A DNA stretch of 64,000 bases from Selaginella moellendorffii (lineage: Eukaryota > Plantae > Lycopodiophyta). Positions 61,976 to 64,000 of this stretch are shown one piece after another. Position numbers and translations under genes: made by a program. The stretch's first letter is position 1; each line of letters opens with the position of its first letter. Location: NCBI RefSeq assembly GCF_000143415.4, contig NW_003314325.1, forward strand, positions 522,567-586,566, given 5' to 3'. The notes under the pieces were generated by a model, which made no database searches, had not been told where the DNA came from, and saw only the letters and a program-made list of their open reading frames with translations.

Positions 61976-63977
61976 TCAACAGAGAAGCCGCCTAGTTCTC
62001 CTGGAAGACATGTCCGACCTCATCCTCTTGCAAAGCTTCTCCAGCTCCGACACCTTGGCCTGCATCTTGTTGATATCCGACTTGAGCTCTTCGTTTTGGC
62101 GAATGATCAGTCCAAACTCGGGCGATGGCTGATCGACAGCGCTAGGAGCGGCGGAAGGATGATTCACCGCAGGTACTGGTGCTTCTTTGTATCTCGAGCT
62201 GTCACTCACTCTCAGTCCTTCCTTGAAGAAGCAGTGATCGATGGTGTCTCTGAGCTTGGCTTGCTGGAGAAGAAGAATCTGGAGTGCCAATCGTGCTGGG
62301 AACCGTGGGTTTTGCGCAGCATGCTTGCATCCCTCGAACGACAGCTTCTGGTAATTCACCACCTTGCAAAGTTCCATGGTTTCGGACTCCGAGACTGCTG
62401 GATGTGCCTGCTCCATGCGACAAACGTTCCATGGTGAGCGAGCTTTTAGTTGCAAAGTTTCTTCTTCTAACGTGAGTTTGCAACAGGAAAGAAGAACACT
62501 TACCTGCAGATACAAATCCAAAGCTCGGTAGAGCCCGTCGTGCATGAGCCTGGCCGAGTCCGGCAGTGCTTTGGCCACTGACTTAAACTTGAAAGGCTTA
62601 AGCTGTGGATCCGCTGCGATCTCCACCAGGTATTTATCAATCAGATCCGCAACTTTTGTCAGCGAGTGCTCGAACTTTGTCAGGGCCCTACGGAAGGACG
62701 ATCCTGACGGTGGCTGAGAAGCCATGATAGGACCGTTGATTGGAGTTGGGAAAGTCATCTCCGAGAAGATGTCTTGATCGCTCAGGAACCTGTCAATCAG
62801 CCTCAGGACGAGATCAACGTCGTAGAGAGAGCCACTTCCAGTCGGCCGCAGTGGAATGACGATGTCGTCCAGGGAAGCTTTGTCCAGCTGGTGGCCGATC
62901 ATCTTCTCCAGCTGCTTCCGGCACGAACGTCCCGAGTTGAGAGCCGAAGTAACTCGTAGCAATCCAAACAGAGAAGAGCAGGGAGCCGAGCCGTGATCTA
63001 AGTGTCCCAGCAGTGCGATGACCGTCTCCAGAAGCTCACGCTGGACCTTTTGCGTGTACTTCTGGAGGATGTGCTCGTCCCTGGTGGTGGAAGCGGTCGA
63101 CCTCTGGTGGTGGGAATGGTAGCCGAGCGTTGGGAGCGCGGTCTGGACGTAGTGAACCAAGAACCTGGCCAGGATCCGGTTGTCCATGTTGTTGGAGATC
63201 ATCGCCTTGACAATTCTCTCCATGAGATACATGGAGAGCGAGCAGACGTCGTCGAACCACCAAGTTCTCGAGAGGCGTTTGTTGTTGGCGCTGCTGCTCT
63301 GGTTTGAAGATGAATCCGGAGAGGTGGAGCTCGTCGGACTCTGGCAAGTGGAGCTGATGGTGGAGGCTTTCCAGGCCAGGGACTCGACGCACCTGTGGAC
63401 GATGTGCGTCTTCTCCGCGTAAGGCAGCACGGGCTCGCAGCTCCGGAGGATGAGCAGCACCTCGTTCCAGCTCCAGAACACCAAATTCTGTAAGAAGTTC
63501 TCGGTTTCTTTGATCAGATTCCTGGGACTAAACTCCTCTGTCATTTCCATGTACTCGGCGATGCAGCGGAGGAGAGAGACGTTGGCGGCCGTAATGTGGA
63601 AGCCTCCGCCGCGTGGAGATCCGCTCGAGTGCCAGTAGCAAAACCGAGCTGCGAGCTCGAAAGCCTGCGGGCCTCCTGGAAGATCGTGAAAGGCAACACG
63701 CAAGGCATTGACGCGACAAGCTGTGAGAATCGTTGTTCCTCGGATGATCTTGGCGAGGCGTCCACATCTATTGACCAGAGGATCCTAGAGCAAAGAGAGA
63801 TCAAAGTAAGTCAAAGTTTTCTATCGCTCGTTTGTTCACGCTAGGTGTTGGATGGATTCTATCTAACTGGTGTCTACTCACTTGTGCCAGGACGAAAGTG
63901 TGCTCTCCGTTCACTTCGACCTCCAGGAGCCTGTGCATTGGATCTTCGAGGAAGAGCTCCTGCTGCTTGTTCTTCAT
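61976..63977 (-). CDS. BTB/POZ-NPH3 family protein; start may lie beyond the window
   Basis: LPGGPQAFELAARFCY, WWFDD, YDVDLVLR, HDGLYRALDLYL, HAAQNPRFP; C-terminal coiled coil. Confidence 0.92.
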
Positions 63978-64000
63978 CGTCCCCGCGTCGCCCTCTACCT

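Overview
Compact land-plant nuclear DNA. Very short (46-65 nt) GT-AG introns, tightly packed genes and PPR relics suggest a lycophyte such as Selaginella; this is an inference. About half the window is nested Ty3/gypsy LTR retrotransposons: a young chromovirus A (7134-14949, minus) inside an AT-eroded relic D; a non-chromovirus B with identical LTRs (33723-38732); an older B copy (B2, 38797-51478); and a non-autonomous element C (40920-48609) nested in B2. Host genes are a CCHC zinc-knuckle gene, a cyanase-amidase fusion, an FHA protein, an AT-rich bulb-lectin gene, aminopeptidase M1, a SAM methyltransferase, a CCT protein and an NPH3/BTB protein. There are also DEAH-RBR, PPR, CCR-like and LINE relics and local segmental duplications. 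Four observations stand out. (1) Element A has two precise spliceosomal-type introns in its integrase. (2) A and C share a covarying 3'-UTR RNA structure with two tRNA-like T-loops and a GGAG hairpin. (3) One spliced ORF fuses a cyanase-like domain to an amidase. (4) All three B-family copies carry an amber codon at a conserved integrase Trp.
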